A DNA stretch of 64,000 nt from Phoronis australis (lineage: Eukaryota > Animalia > Phoronida), in NCBI GenBank assembly GCA_002633005.1, contig NMRA01000093.1:215833-279832 (forward strand). The letters run 5' to 3'. The notes under the pieces were generated by a model. The model ran no database searches. It saw only the letters and a program-made list of their open reading frames with translations, and was not told the origin of the DNA. Shown here piece by piece: positions 12,709-26,307 of this stretch. How positions within the stretch are numbered: the stretch's first letter is position 1; each line of letters begins with the position of its first letter. The position numbers and the translations under genes were made by a program.

Positions 12709-13459
12709 GGGGGCATGGAACGCGAAAGCTCATCAAAAATATCTTTTAAGCAATTCCTGGGGAAAGTACGATCTCGCAAAGTCTTAAACAGTTGTATTCA
12801 CTTTCCCTTGTGAGGTAATTTTCAGAAAAAAATCACACAAAGTTCAGGATTTTTGAAACACGCGCTAAAGAAAAAGTTTGTATTTACCACAGAGTTTCTA
12901 ATCCTCTCCGACTTATGATAAATGCGCGCATGCCCTCACAGTCATTCGACAAACAGCTAACTGACAAGACGGATATTAACGGCAGATTATCATGCAGTCC
13001 AGTGAAGCAAGTAATTTCCTAAAATTTATTCCAAATGCATTTTAGAATATATTTGAATACTACCATACATTTATAACTAATTTTAAACAGTTATTACTTA
13101 CATAAATTGCCTCTCAATCGGACTGACCGCTGGTTGAAGTCACCATTGTTTTGTTTATATCAAAAATCAAAGGCCCCATTTCCATGTAAGGGAAATGTGC
13201 TACCTCGTCTGTGTCTTGCTATACCAAATAAGGAGACGTGCTTTGCCTTGCGGTAGAAAACTCGACGAAGTGACAAGCAGTTTACAGATGGTTTTCTTGA
13301 AATTTGAAACTAAAAGAAAAAAGCTTTGACATCAACAGAAATTCAAAGTTTTTACGAACAAACTGTACAAATACCTGGTGAGCAGGTTGAATCCTGTTTT
13401 AGTGGCAGAGAACCACTTTGAATAATACAATTTAGTCTATTTTTCGCGTTCCAGGCCCT
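12709..13459. mobile_element. Non-autonomous DNA transposon (Kolobok-like, TTAA-flanked)
   Basis: ttaa|GGGGGCATGGAACGCGAAA ... TTTCGCGTTCCAGGCCCT|ttga inverted termini. Confidence 0.6.
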
Positions 13460-14331
13460 TTGAACTGGTATAGTTACCAGCCTTGATTTCAGAGAATGTC
13501 TGGCAGACAAATGCGAGAATTGGCGTAATTTGTAATAAAATTACAAGAAACCCAATACAATGGATTTTGATGTTTTTGTACTAGTCAAAGTTAGTAACTT
13601 CAAGATTGAATTTACGGCTTCCAGCAATAATCCCCAAAATGACGTTGTTTTCACACCTTAAAACCTGCCAGTCACATTTAAACACATCTATTTCTCAATC
13701 ACGCACACTTCCTTTTTTATGTTTTGCTAACCTTTGACGCGTTCATTATGAAATGGCAGACATCAAAAACATTTCTATATTCGTGTTAAAATAGCAAACT
13801 TTCAGTCATAAAACTGTCCAATTCAAAACCTTTTAACATGTATATGAAGTTAATTCGCTTTCTTAAAGGGCTGTAGTGAAACATTAGTCCGAGAGCATGC
13901 TGTTTTTGCACTTTTAACGGACCTAAAAGTGTCATGGACTTTTGCCATGGTCTATCTTATGAAACTAATATTTATTATCAAGCAGGAAAACAAAGTCTCA
14001 AAATTTTCCGTACCATTATAAAAGTTGATTTCTACCTTCCAACAATAATTTATGTATCATTTGCGATTGATAGGAAGTCGCTTACTTTGGAAGTGATGGC
14101 CCATCTTGTCAAGATTCAAGTGGTGTCTTCCTGGCTATCTGTTAACGTGTCGATTCCCTTAATGATTTGCTTAGGATTGAAATTCATTTTAGCATGCTAA
14201 GGCATGATTCACATGTCGAAGTCGCTGTGTACTCTGATTTATAATTAAAGAGTAAAAAGGAGATCTCTTTGAGTAAACGTTAGGTGTTCGCATGCACGTG
14301 AAAGAACAGTTGCAGTTAACCTTTGTTGCAG

Positions 14332-15457
14332 GTCGCCTAGCTCTGGATATGGTAGTGGCTATGATTCCTCGCCAACCATGCATCCTCTTGATGTGTATGA
14401 TGCTCAACAGGAGGCGTACAAGGACGCTGTGAAGGACGAAAGTGATTACGAGAACATCGACAGTGGAATGGAGACATCCAACATGGCAGAAAACGACCTT
14501 GAACTTATAACTGTGCCCGTGCCGTCTTTGACGAAGAAGCACATGGCTACTAACACATCCCCCGCTAGATTTAAATCATTATGGGGCTGCGAAAAGGGGA
14601 CTGTATTTGATTTCGAAGGGTATGGTCGAGAATACGCTGTACCTCCCGAGAGCCCCAAGCTCCTGCATGACGCAATGAATTGGCTCGAAAGCGGAAGGTC
14701 ACCCTCTAAATTCAAACTGGTTCCAGGAAGTCCTCGAAAAAAGGATGCTGTCGACGGATGCCATTTGCATGGTCTGACTGGTGTCAGCTCTTTGAATAGT
14801 TCTTTTTCTAAGAGCAGTCAGTCTTTGAGAAATTTGGTGGGTACCAGTGATTACTCGTTGATGAGTAATAGCAGGCCAACCCATCCGGGTGCCGGCACCA
14901 ACGAAATTCCTGTGCAACAAAGCGACACATTACCCAATTCAAAAACCAACCCCCTGCTCAATCAGTCTTTTCATCAGCGTAGTAATTCTGATATCAATGC
15001 TTCTGCAATTCAGACGAGGTCTGATATACTCAGCAATCTACAAACTAGAAAGTGTAGTAACTGCAATCGTCCAGCATCGACATACGATGAGGTTCTGCGC
15101 TTGTCATTTACGAATTTGAACCAAACATCGTCGCACTCTTCCAGTTTGAATGACCACATGTTGATTGATATCGACGATAAACCTCAGCCATTCCCAGTAG
15201 ATCCCAAAAGTACTCCAAACACTGCCGAAACCAAAACATCTTTGACAAGCAACGAAAGCAATTGCTCGGAGGAATCCTCGCCAAGAGGTTCACTTCCCAG
15301 TTCTAGAAATTCCGGATCCAGTGGATCCAATAACAAAGGTTCCATTAATGAAATTCGAACTCCTAACAAGCCTGCCTCCAGAACGTTCAGTGATATTCTG
15401 AAGGGAGTTCGCAATCTTCGATTTGGACCATGTCTTCCGTCGGAAACGTGTGTCTAG
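14332..15457 (+). CDS. Large terminal exon encoding a ~375-aa Ser/Pro/Asn-rich disordered region ending ...PSETCV*
   Basis: Longest ORF in the window (359 aa from ATG 14378), extended upstream in frame to a tttgttgcAG acceptor (phase 2); followed by an AT-rich 3'UTR-like region. Confidence 0.85.
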
Positions 15458-16309
15458 GATAGTAGAAATAACCGTATTTTGGAGTATAACGTTAACCAGA
15501 CATATACATCAACTTACTAATTTGAAAACGAGGTTGCACGTAGTTTTGGATTTATCGTGTTACGTGGAAAACTTGGTGAAGTAGTTATGTTGATCATATA
15601 TCGATGCAACGTTATGTTCTTCCAAGTGTGAAGTAGTTTAAGAAAATCTGGAAAATCTGCGGCTTGTATTCGAAACAATCATAAGTGTACTGATATTTCT
15701 GGAAATCAAGTAGCATCTTTCTCCTTGTTTACTTAGGTAACTCAGCATTATGTATGGTACATGATATTTAGGTAACATATAATATGCATATATAAATATA
15801 CACACACATATATATATATATACGTACATATAGATATGTAATATTTAAGCCTTTCGATTAGCCAGCTGTCCGTTTGTAAAACTAAAAATCGACTTTTCTT
15901 TAAAGGTAAGCTAATTTCGATTTCTGTGGGTATGTGCAGTAGATTTTTGATCGAGACCAAAAATGCTGCCCAGATATTCTTAATTTTTTACGGCGATCAC
16001 CATAATTTTCATAAAACAGTAATTTTCATTCGTTACTTACAAAAGAATGTCTGAGGTTTTCTTGGAAGTTTTTTTAGCCCGATAAATCTTCTGTCAAAGT
16101 AAAGAAGTCAACAATTCTTCAAAGAAAACGGAAGTCTTACTTTTTTACAGCACAGCTGAAAATTCTTAAAGCTACTCTTCCCAAGAAATCCATCAATTTA
16201 GAACGCAGGATAAGTTTCGTAAGTCGAAATGTATTACAAAAATAACAACATTTCTTAGCTTTCATTACTATTTGCGTTTCACTCATTTATTATTAGTTTA
16301 TTAAAAAAA

Positions 16310-16597
16310 ATGGGGGAGAGATTTCCGCGGAAACCTCTATACACATGGCGGCAGTCCAGTAAGTACCGATAAAGTATGAGTCAGCTGCCACTCCTTGCGG
16401 CGGCCATTTTAAGCGCTGGTGCACCACCAAAAATACAGATTTAACTAAAAAATCGTACTAAATTCAGTTCAGTTTGAAAATATTTGTAGTTATGTTGAAT
16501 GAGCGTCAGCATTATTTTGGCTTAAGTTTCGACTGAACTAACTTCATCCGTTTCATGAAGTTTTTAATTAAAATAAAGCGGGAAGACTGTCTTTAAA
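16310..16597. repeat. Dispersed repeat family (Kolobok-like end, ...gtctttaa); other copies at ~47450-47696 and ~49915-50123
   Basis: Shared motifs gcacca..aaaa, ctaaattcagtt, ttgaatgag and a terminal (gta/ctg)tcttta(a) in three places. Confidence 0.6.
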
Positions 16598-17546
16598 AGA
16601 ACATCCCACACACTCAGGTTTGTGTAGCTAATGGAATAAAGTAGCAGAATTGGAGACTACTAGATTATAAACGATGAACTTGCTATAAAACGCATATTTC
16701 AAATCTTTGCAAAACACTTGACAGCCTTTTTAACGCTTGCATTTCATTTACAGGCTATACGCTTCCATATCCCTTGAGACAATCATTATGTCGGTTCGTA
16801 CCTTCCTTTCATGTCCGTCTGTTAACAGCGTAACAATAAACAAATTGCAAGCAGAAAGGAAGTTCTGGTTTCCCTTTGTTATGTCTCAAGTGGAATTTAA
16901 ATTTTAAACTCGTCGTGAATCGCAAGCGGAAATTACGTTTCGACTTTCGCTCTCTCCACACAATCGAAAACTGATTCAATTTTGTAATACTAAGCTATCT
17001 TTCAAATGAAAATTGTTTTACGTGTATCTTCTCGTGAACAGATAGTCAACTGCGTAATTAATGGTAGTACTGCCTAATGTGTGTGTTACGATGTAGTATA
17101 GATTGTAATCCTAAGCAGCATATCTACTATAACACCTACAATTCGTCTGTCTCATCAGGTACGTACGCATGGGAAGCATAAGTGGCCATTGTAGGTGAGC
17201 TACTATTCATTTATCGGATGTCAACTCATGAGTAGTTTTGTGTGTCTGTCATATTTATCACACTCCTACAATAAAATACATGTACGTTCAAGAGGAAGAC
17301 GGTGTAATTTTTCAACCAGAAGCACCAGTGTGCCAACATCGATGGTACTAAAGTACGCTTTTAACGCATTATTGATGGAAAGTGTACATGCCAGTGAATA
17401 CAAACAAATCCTGATTTTTTCAAACGTGTTGGTTCATGATTACTCTCAAATGCGCCTGTGATCTAAATGATGGTTTTTCGTGTCAGCCGGAAGTGAATCA
17501 GATTCGTCTAAACTAGGTAGGAAAACGCGACAAGAAACCCGCCTAC

Positions 17547-17690
17547 CGTTCAGTAACGCTAGGACCACGCTAAAAAGCAAGACTTCGCGAGATTACGCGA
17601 GATATTGCCGTGCATTTTAAATGTGAACACGTGACTTTGACTTACGTATTAGCTAGGTCCTAGTGTAGGTCCTAGCGTCTACTGAACGCA
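17547..17690. mobile_element. Short MITE with TIR CGTTCAGTAGACGCTAGGACC; related copy at ~23230-23362
   Basis: cgttcagtaacgctaggacc ... ggtcctagcgtctactgaacg; second copy ctgcgttcagtagac ... gtctacggaacgcag. Confidence 0.6.
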
Positions 17691-18367
17691 CGCCCGCATT
17701 CTCTACAGAAACTAAATTTTGATTTTGACCACTTACATGTACCGCCATAGTTGTGTTAGGCAATTGCTCTACTCGGATTCGGGAAGAAATAGAAGGAAAT
17801 TCGGATAAAATAAAAAATCAGGTTGCGGAACATTCACTGGAAAAGGAAGGCCGCGATCGGGTAAATTTGATCCGACCTGGAGTAAATTGATGGTGACCAC
17901 GGGGGATGGCCCTTGGAGCCAAGGAGAATTAATGGCTACGGGGGGGGGGGTTACATCTATGTTCTTTCAAAGGCATGTCATATGCCTCCCGGACACCCAA
18001 GTTCAGATACATCTTTGCTTCCCGTTAACAAATTGTTCTCAACGTGTTCCATACTCAGACTAGAAGTGATTAATGGTCTCGCTAAGGACTAACATTTGGA
18101 ACTAAGGAACTATTTGAGACAAATTTCTTAACCGTAAGTGTTCTAAATAAAATATTGTTGACGGAAGGCAGGTCTTTACAGGGGCGTGACTTGATGATAT
18201 TCTCGATTCGCTAGCTTACAGCTGTATATCTCGTTTCCATGTACAGGCCGTAAGCCCAGAGTATTTATCTTAGATGAACGAGGTGCACTGCATCAATGTC
18301 TAAGCACAAGTGCACTAAGAGTGCTCCCCAGTATGTACAGAAATGGATGTCTGTCGGTGTCCGCAGT

Positions 18368-18443
18368 GTGAGTGCGTCCCCTTGTGGACCACCCAGAGGG
18401 GCTAAGTGAGTGCGTCCCCTTGTGGACCACCCAGAGGGGCTAA
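18368..18443 (+). repeat. Perfect 38-bp tandem duplication
   Basis: GTGAGTGCGTCCCCTTGTGGACCACCCAGAGGGGCTAA x2. Confidence 0.9.
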
Positions 18444-19549
18444 AATTGAACCAGATTAGATATTCCAGCTATCCAACGAAACGGATTTAAATGAACAGTC
18501 GGGTTAGACTGAGTACCCTACAGACAAATTGCTCTCTGGAAAATTCCCTCCAGAAACCCTTATGAGGCTCACAAAAATTGAAGAAACTCAAACATTCAAG
18601 GTACAACAAAAAATAATTCAATATGCCACTGCTCACTGTGACGGACAAATTTCACTCTGGGTAGGATCTTCTAGAGCCCCACTCTAAAAAGTTACCCACG
18701 ACATGCTGCTAAACATGAGAGCTAGATTAGCTATTCGAGGTTCCTGCTAACTTTCATTTAAGGTTATCTAATATTCTAGCAAAACGTCCCAACTTCTCAA
18801 CATCATATCTAAGAAATGGCTGGTCAGATTTATAGGAAACAATGCTCTTCAAAGAACTGTTAAAATTGTTTTTATTAATTCCCAACTGAATGAGGGGCTA
18901 TCAAAAATATGTTATGATTTTCTGAAAACGCTCAAAAGCTGCATAAAACGAGAATGAAATGATAATTAAGAAAGCTGGTCGATGTTATTCAATACATGCA
19001 TTGATACGCCGTAAAATGTAACAATTTCGTAAAATGTAGCAACTGTTACATTTTACGTCATTGTTACATTTTACGGTGCTAAGTCTTTCCTAAAATGAAA
19101 CAAGTTGTTACATTTTACGTAATTATTACATTTTACGTCGAATGCACGCGAAAAATGTACCATTGTTACATTTTACGAAACCAACGTCATATTATATAGA
19201 AAATGACTGAAATCACGAACAAGTGGTATGTGACACGGCCAGGGGGTACTCGAGTATTTTTGAACGAGGGGTGCAGCCAGATAAATTTGGATACCAATCC
19301 ATTTAGAGAGTGAGATCGGACAAAAAGTGACTCATTTGGAAAGTGGTTTGTGTAAAAATTCCCTTTTTTACACAGTTCTGTTCCAGAAATTCAGAAAAGG
19401 TACCCTTTTATATTGTATTTTGTCGAAAATGGCGGCAGTTTGGAGAGTACTTTTGCTGTGAAAAATACACCCTTTTGGGCGGAACTTTTCGGATACCTCT
19501 TCTACAGGAATGCCGTTCGGACTGACAGGACATGTATTTGGCTACACAT

Positions 19550-19634
19550 TATCATTTTCATTACTACTATATTACTATTACTAGTATTACTTCTATTATT
19601 ACTATCAATAGTTTCACTACTATTACTCGTTATC

Positions 19635-19703
<69 letters not shown>

Positions 19704-19775
19704 ATCATTATCATTATCGTTATCGTAATCGTTATCGTTGTTCTTATTACTGTTATTGTTATAATTATTATTTTA
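19550..19775. repeat. (ATT)n microsatellite and degenerate flanks
   Basis: Long pure ATT run; source of the poly-Ile/poly-Tyr pseudo-ORFs. Confidence 0.95.
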
Positions 19776-20680
19776 TTTTTAATTTACTTAATGGGGACAC
19801 AGTGCAATATACACAACAAATGTTTAGCAAAGTGCTGATACATCTTGGTTATCAAAGATTTTGAAATCATCTCATTTATGGTTCATCGAGCTTCCCATAA
19901 TGGACTGCACGTGGTGCTCAGCACGTGGCGCTGTTTCAAACGGATTTTAAAGGGGTTCCTATGTTCAGCTGTAAAGATATTGTGAGAAAAGTCTTGACAA
20001 CTGTGGATGCAGAATATGCCTACTTTTTGGGAACGAAGAGGTTGAGATTTATAAACGTGCACCAACTTAAAAAAATTCTAAACTATCGACAAGCACATAG
20101 TTTGCCACGAAGAAATGAATTCAGACTGTAATCTTTTACCCACCGTGTTTTCAGTTTTGTCTCTTTTTGAAAACATTCCTTTTCAAAGAACTGGGACCAG
20201 TTCCACGATGATGTGTAAGTTCAAAGATTGCGTTAAGTTAAACTCTGGAGGCAGACATTTTTCGAGAACTGGCGACTAGTCTGCTATGGCTGGAGCCACC
20301 GGGTCGTTCGAAAAGCTGGTAACAGACATACAAAACACGCAAAATTTGATGTGGAATGGTCTCGTATATTTGTAGAAGAGCACAGCGATTTAACTGAGTG
20401 GCTTGAACTAGGTTTCCTTGAAAGTTAGACGGAGCAAAAACGGTCAACGTCGAAGTCAACAATATTTAGTATGCGCTTTTTATGCAATATAGCACAACAT
20501 GGGAGCACCCAGCCTAATATATAGGGGGCTCAAATTTTTGAGAATGTGGACCTTTTACTGACAAAACGGGGTTCGCCAAATTCCTGCCTTTTGACTGGAC
20601 TTTTGTGTCGTTTTTTCATACTTTTTGTTTCTCAGAGGGAGTTTTTGCCCACATCGCCAAATGGGGGACTCCTTCGAGAC

Positions 20681-20838
20681 NNNNNNNNNNNNNNNNNNNN
20701 NNNNNNNNNNNNNNNNNNNNNNNNNNNNNNNNNNNNNNNNNNNNNNNNNNNNNNNNNNNNNNNNNNNNNNNNNNNNNNNNNNNNNNNNNNNNNNNNNNNN
20801 NNNNNNNNNNNNNNNNNNNNNNNNNNNNNNNNNNNNNN
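20681..20838. other. Assembly gap (N run)
   Basis: Run of Ns. Confidence 1.
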
Positions 20839-23800
20839 TGTGACAAATACTATGCAAACTCATGAAATATGACGTCGCTTTCGTAAAATGTAACAATGGC
20901 ACATTTTTTGCATATGTATTCGACGTGAATTGTGACAATTACATAAAAGGTAACAACTTGTTACATTTTAGGATAAGTCTAGCAACGTAAAATGTACCAA
21001 TGACGTAAAATGTAACAATTGTTGCGTAACAATGCATGTGAATGGCCTACGGCAGACGAACAACACTCTGGTTGGTCCCACCAGAAATCCCCTAAAGTCA
21101 AATTGCTGGTGAAACTTTGAGCTAGAGAAGATATTCGAGGTATTGGCCAATTTTGATTGAATATGCACAGTCGTGCCACAGTGAGCTCTCAAACCCCAAT
21201 GACATTTGACAGAAAAAATGTACTCTTACTAGAGAGAGTCCCCGAGCAAGAACCAAAAAACGACCCCCAAAATCTTAGCTGAGCTAGCATTCGAGGTACC
21301 TCAAACACAAAAAATAACTACATACATGTATATTCAATATACATATACATTACGTCACTAATCCCCAAACGGCACGTGGCAGGAACTTCTTCGCCAACTG
21401 AACGGAATGCTGTTCAAATTTTAAACTAGATTAGTTATTCCAGGCACAGGACAAAACTGTTTTAATATGAACAGTTATATTTCGCTAAGCGCTAAATGAC
21501 CTCTGGCAAGGAATAGCAATCTCGAAAGGACCCGCCAGAGACCAAAAAGGGACATCCCGAAATTGAGTTTGTTCAAATATTTGCGGTATCACAGAAGCAA
21601 TTCCATAGGATTCAGTTATTCAATAATCTCTTAATCGCCCGTACCAGAAAGAAGACGCTGGGATGGACTTCCCAAAAACCATCGAATTATACCCTATATT
21701 GTGAATTATTCTTAGTAAAATGATATTGTCATCTCAAATTGGTATTCAGTTGACGTGACTTTCAACGCAAATAAACCGTTTGTTCGGTTTAGTCTTATTC
21801 TTCACTGTTACTCGAGCTTGACTCATATTCATTTGCCTCGTCTAATACTCCATCCATCGATCGCCTAGATTTTCTTAGTGAAGAAAAACATTTAATAAGA
21901 TTGATGCACAAATTCAGTCGGGAGCTTAGTATTTTGGGCTTGCATCCGGAGTTGAGTTGGTCTAAATTCATAAGTCAACAAAAGGTTTCTTTGGCTGGCC
22001 GCAGGAGGGAGAGGATGTTTGTGTGCAGAGTGCTGATATTCATGTCTGTAGCCGACGGGGTGGGACGGGTGTGAACGCACTCTCACACGCCACATTACTG
22101 TTCCATTTATTGATTACAAAACCCAATAATAACATATCGATATATTTAGCCTCAAGATTCTTTCTCCGTAACGAAGTTCATTGAATATTTAATTTATTTT
22201 TTGGATTGTAACAACAAATTGAAACTGTACCCGCATCGTTTGCCTCACGTCGCCATAATGAAGGGACAGGATATCCTCTGGACTTTTTGAAGTTGTCATC
22301 GAAAGCTCAAAAGTAAGGGATGTTTTGGCGGCAATTTTGAGTTTTACTCCTGAACGTCTTTACATAATAGTTTGGCAAATTTCGTAAGTCGATGTAAGTA
22401 CATGTATGTTCAGAATGTTCTTCACAACTCTCTTCTTTGCGACAGTGGAAGGAAGACATTCCAAAAAGTTGTAGAATAGCCCTCAAGTGGATTTAACCTG
22501 CTGTCTATCTGATGACGTGAACACGGTGAAGGAGTACGATAACAGCGCCTTCCTTTTAAACTGGGCCCGAGGCAACGTTCACCCTCGGGTTGCCCCTCAC
22601 ATTGCCTTTCCTACAGTCAGCATCAGACTCATGCATCAATAGTTGTCGTGCGCATTACTGGTTGTTAACATTTAACGTGTATGGTAACAAAATGCAACTT
22701 ATATTTTCTAATGTATTCTGTGATAAGTTTTGTTGAACGCGACGTTCCATTTCTTTTTAATGGCCTTTTAAGGCCTTTTAAGGCCATTAAAAAAAATGCG
22801 CTCTAATTGGCGGCAGATTGATCTCGTGTCAGACGTAAGTTGACGTACCAGCAAACCCAAGTTCATGGCAGTGAGGAAAAGCACGAAAGTCAATACAACA
22901 GGCTTTATTTTCAAATCACATCACGAGCGTTAATTACACAACTGTTCACTTCACTTTTGTTGCATGACTTCGTACACTTGCAGTCAAAACTTTGGGGCCG
23001 CAGTTTAATAAAATGTTCCGGTTTACTGATTTTCTCCGTTTTTCTGATCTGGATTTTGAGGACCTCGAACTTTAGCTACTACGTTATTTTTTCCTTTATG
23101 TTTTAGTTTGATACTCATTATCCTTTGAGTGAAGACAAAAACTTCTACTTTCGCCTCTGGTAACGTGGTGCTCGTTATCTCAAACAGAAATCACAAACTC
23201 AAATTTTCAAATTGGTATCAACTTGGAACTGCGTTCAGTAGACCCAAAACATAGTTGAATAGCTCGAAACACCACTACAATAACGTGCTTAGCTTTTAAT
23301 GCATCGCAAAGACTTGTGCGATCTTACGTTTTAGCCAGTTTCTTTCGTCTACGGAACGCAGGCCTCTTAGTATAACTCCAGTCTTCGCGAGATTTTTTCA
23401 AGCATTACAAGCAAAGCTCATAATCACACTGACTTTTTTGGTGTTGTCTTGGGTCGGCGCAACGAACTCCTAGCTACCAGTCCACGACGTCATGATGAGT
23501 AGTTAGGAAAGCTTAATCGCTCTCCTTCAGAATCAACGCATACGGATTCCAATCCAATACAGCGGTTTTCAAAGATGGCGCTGCAGTTGACTCAGGTTTA
23601 TTCATGCTGTTGGTTGGCAGTACGACATCCCGATCCTCGACAAAAGGAGAGTAAAATAGCAAACACGTGACAGTAGTGTTGAATGACTGCATTGACTGAA
23701 CTGAGCTGGCTTCACAATTTGACATGTGTGTATTAGTACACGTTAAAGACTTTGAAAAAATAAAATATTTTGGTGTTATTAGCTTTATTTTACGTACACT

Positions 23801-26023
23801 AATATATCATTTCTTGGCATAAAATCGCAATTTGTAATCTCAAACAAACCTGTTATCAATCAATTAAAATCGTTTGTATTGAGCAGGCACTGAGTCACAC
23901 TTAAAACAGCGTCCCATTTATCCATCCTTTTAACAATCCTGAACTCTTTTGCATAAAGCGACGTATCATTTCGTGAGATAAAACAGACATTTGTACTCTA
24001 AGCAGACCTGCTAACAATCAATTCCAATATTTTGTACTGAGCAAGCAATATGTCATATTTAAAAACGTCATCTTATGTATTCATCGTTTTAACAAGCCTT
24101 ACTCACGGTCAGCCTAGTAGGTGACAAGACCATATCGTCCACCAGGCGGTACACCTACATGTATAGGGCTACCAAACAACGTGTCACGGAAGGAGAGTTG
24201 TAAGTCAGGTAAAAAAATGGTTCGGTAAATAGGCAATTTATGACAGTGAAAAGCAGAAAATTGACCATTAGAATTGCTCGATTGACATAACTTTTGATGC
24301 CCAATATTACACCGTGAGGAAAATGCCAAGCGTTTTTCATTCATGTGGATATAATTTCACCTGATCTAGGTAAGAAAATACACACCGGTGTTGGCTTACC
24401 AAGTAAACGATCCCACCTCTACGTTCCACTGCCAACGAACCTCCATGAGAGGCCCACCACACAATTGGTGTCGATTGTGAGGTGGTTAGTGCGTGACTTT
24501 CGTGAACCAACTTCAGCCAAACGCATAGCTTGCAAATCTCAATATTGCTGAGATTCAGCCTGTCTGCGAGCGTTGAGGTCACACAACTACGGCTTGGGAG
24601 ATATTGTCAGACTCGTTCTAGCATAAAACCAGGAACAGTTTTGAAAGGGCAAAATCTATTCACAATTAATAGATTTCTTACAGTGATGTGACGAATTCAT
24701 CGTCACTTCCAGTCACTACTAACGTAGGTCATTTCCTGTTTTGGTATTCTTCTAAAAAGTAAATAGCTAGAAAATAACTAAGGCATTTATGATAACCTTT
24801 TCAACCGAAAATTAGTTTTCATACGACGCAATGCCAATGGTGCCTAGTCTACGACAAGTGAGGCTCACAGAAATTTTTCTCATGCTCATGGTAATGACGG
24901 AGAGATAAGCTAAACCTCACTGTTCAGTGTCTTTATTTTAATTGTTATTGGACTCCGCGTAATTAACCATCCCGACAGAACGATTCTAAACTGTTATAAT
25001 TTGACGACTTAAATTCAGCAGCCTTTTTCAAAGGAAGACAGATTACGCAGTAAGACGCCATTATTCCTAGAGTGTCTACCACTGCCACCACTTGTAGAAT
25101 ATACACGTATTGAAATTTTGAGTAAAAATGCAAGCTAGAATCTGTGAATTTTCCGGTATTTATTGAATATTAACAAGATTTCCCTGCCGATATGGAAAGT
25201 GTGCTTTTAGCTCAAAGCTGAAGACGTCTCACCTTGCGCACATCCATTACATGATGTATTTAAGGCATTGTGGATTAGCCGGAACTTAAAAAGTGGAACT
25301 TGCCACGCTAATTCCTTAGCTCTGTGATTGCTTGGTAAAATTTAGTTAGAAACAAAACATGGAGCGACAATGTGAACAAGGAAAAGGTTGAAATTTACCA
25401 AATATTTTTAATAACGAGTTTTGTATCGAAAATGACTCGCTATAAATTGCTCAACCGCATCCAGTATGTATCGTGACGTGGTGTTGGGGAATAACACTGC
25501 TATGTGAGCCCCCAAGGTGTGCTTTTAGTGCAAAGGTCGCCTATTTGCAGATTTTTTTGTTTTCACATTTACATGTTGTCAGTGAATACAACTGCACTTT
25601 CTTTAGCGTAGGTGATGTTCAAATACCATGGCCGTTTAGTTCCGGCTATACATTAGCATAGCTAGGAGTATGCAAATACATCTTTAAAGGAGAGAAGCGC
25701 TTAATCATATTGCTGCAGAATGCTTTTGTCACGTTGTCGTATGAGTGGAGAATGTTTTTAAAAAAAGGATTTTAGAAGAGGAAAAGTACGAAGATTCAAA
25801 GAGTCTTTCATAACTTTGTGTCAAAGAGCTAGTAAGTCTTGGAATTCGACGCAAGAACAATCCGTCTAGGTCTGCCCTTGTAGATTATCGTCGATGTGAA
25901 CAACAGTAAAAAGGCGCGACTAATAAATTAATCTTATATTTAAATTTGCTGCTAATCCAGAGAGAACAGATACGGTATAGAAAAATAACTTAGTTGGCGA
26001 TGCTATGGTTTATCTTGGGTCTT

Positions 26024-26124
26024 TTATTGAGCTCGCTCCTTTAAAAGTTTTTCGAGATAATCCAGGAACTGCATTCTGGTTGCATCTCTGTTGATTTTAC
26101 ACTTTGAATCGACTTTGCAGCCGT
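26024..26124 (-). CDS. Vasopressin/oxytocin-family precursor, exon 3 (DGCKVDSKCKINRDATRMQFLDYLEKLLKERAQ*)
   Basis: tctttattttttcAG acceptor; a phase-1 join supplies the last two Cys (14 in total) and a short Leu-rich tail; not in the ORF track, found by manual reverse-strand reading. Confidence 0.9.
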
Positions 26125-26307
26125 CTGAAAAAATAAAGACAGAATTCGTCTTAACATGTTGATGCAAACGTCTTCAAGATAACTTGAAAGTGCAAAATCT
26201 TTAAGCAATAACTACGCTTGCGCGAAGTCCATAACGTGTGTGTTAAAGGATCGATCCTATTTTCATTTGACTGATAATCATATTCTCTTCGGCACACGAA
26301 ATAACTA

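Larger units (their letters stand above)
18994..21039 (+). mobile_element. Non-autonomous long-TIR (foldback-like) element, copy 1, with GTTACATTTTACG subterminal repeats and an internal (ATT)n tract; spans the assembly gap
   Basis: Both ends carry ~200-bp inverted arms built of gttacattttacg units; the internal sequence matches 35560-36870 in reverse orientation. Confidence 0.7.

Noticed and set aside
14189-15414. Antisense and alternative-frame ORFs overlapping the 14332-15457 exon
   Set aside because: Shadow ORFs of a genuine coding exon.
19413-19864. Poly-Ile/poly-Tyr ORFs resembling membrane proteins (also 35870-36152)
   Set aside because: Trinucleotide microsatellites inside a repeat element.
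20546-20938. ORFs spanning X runs
   Set aside because: Artefacts of the N gap.
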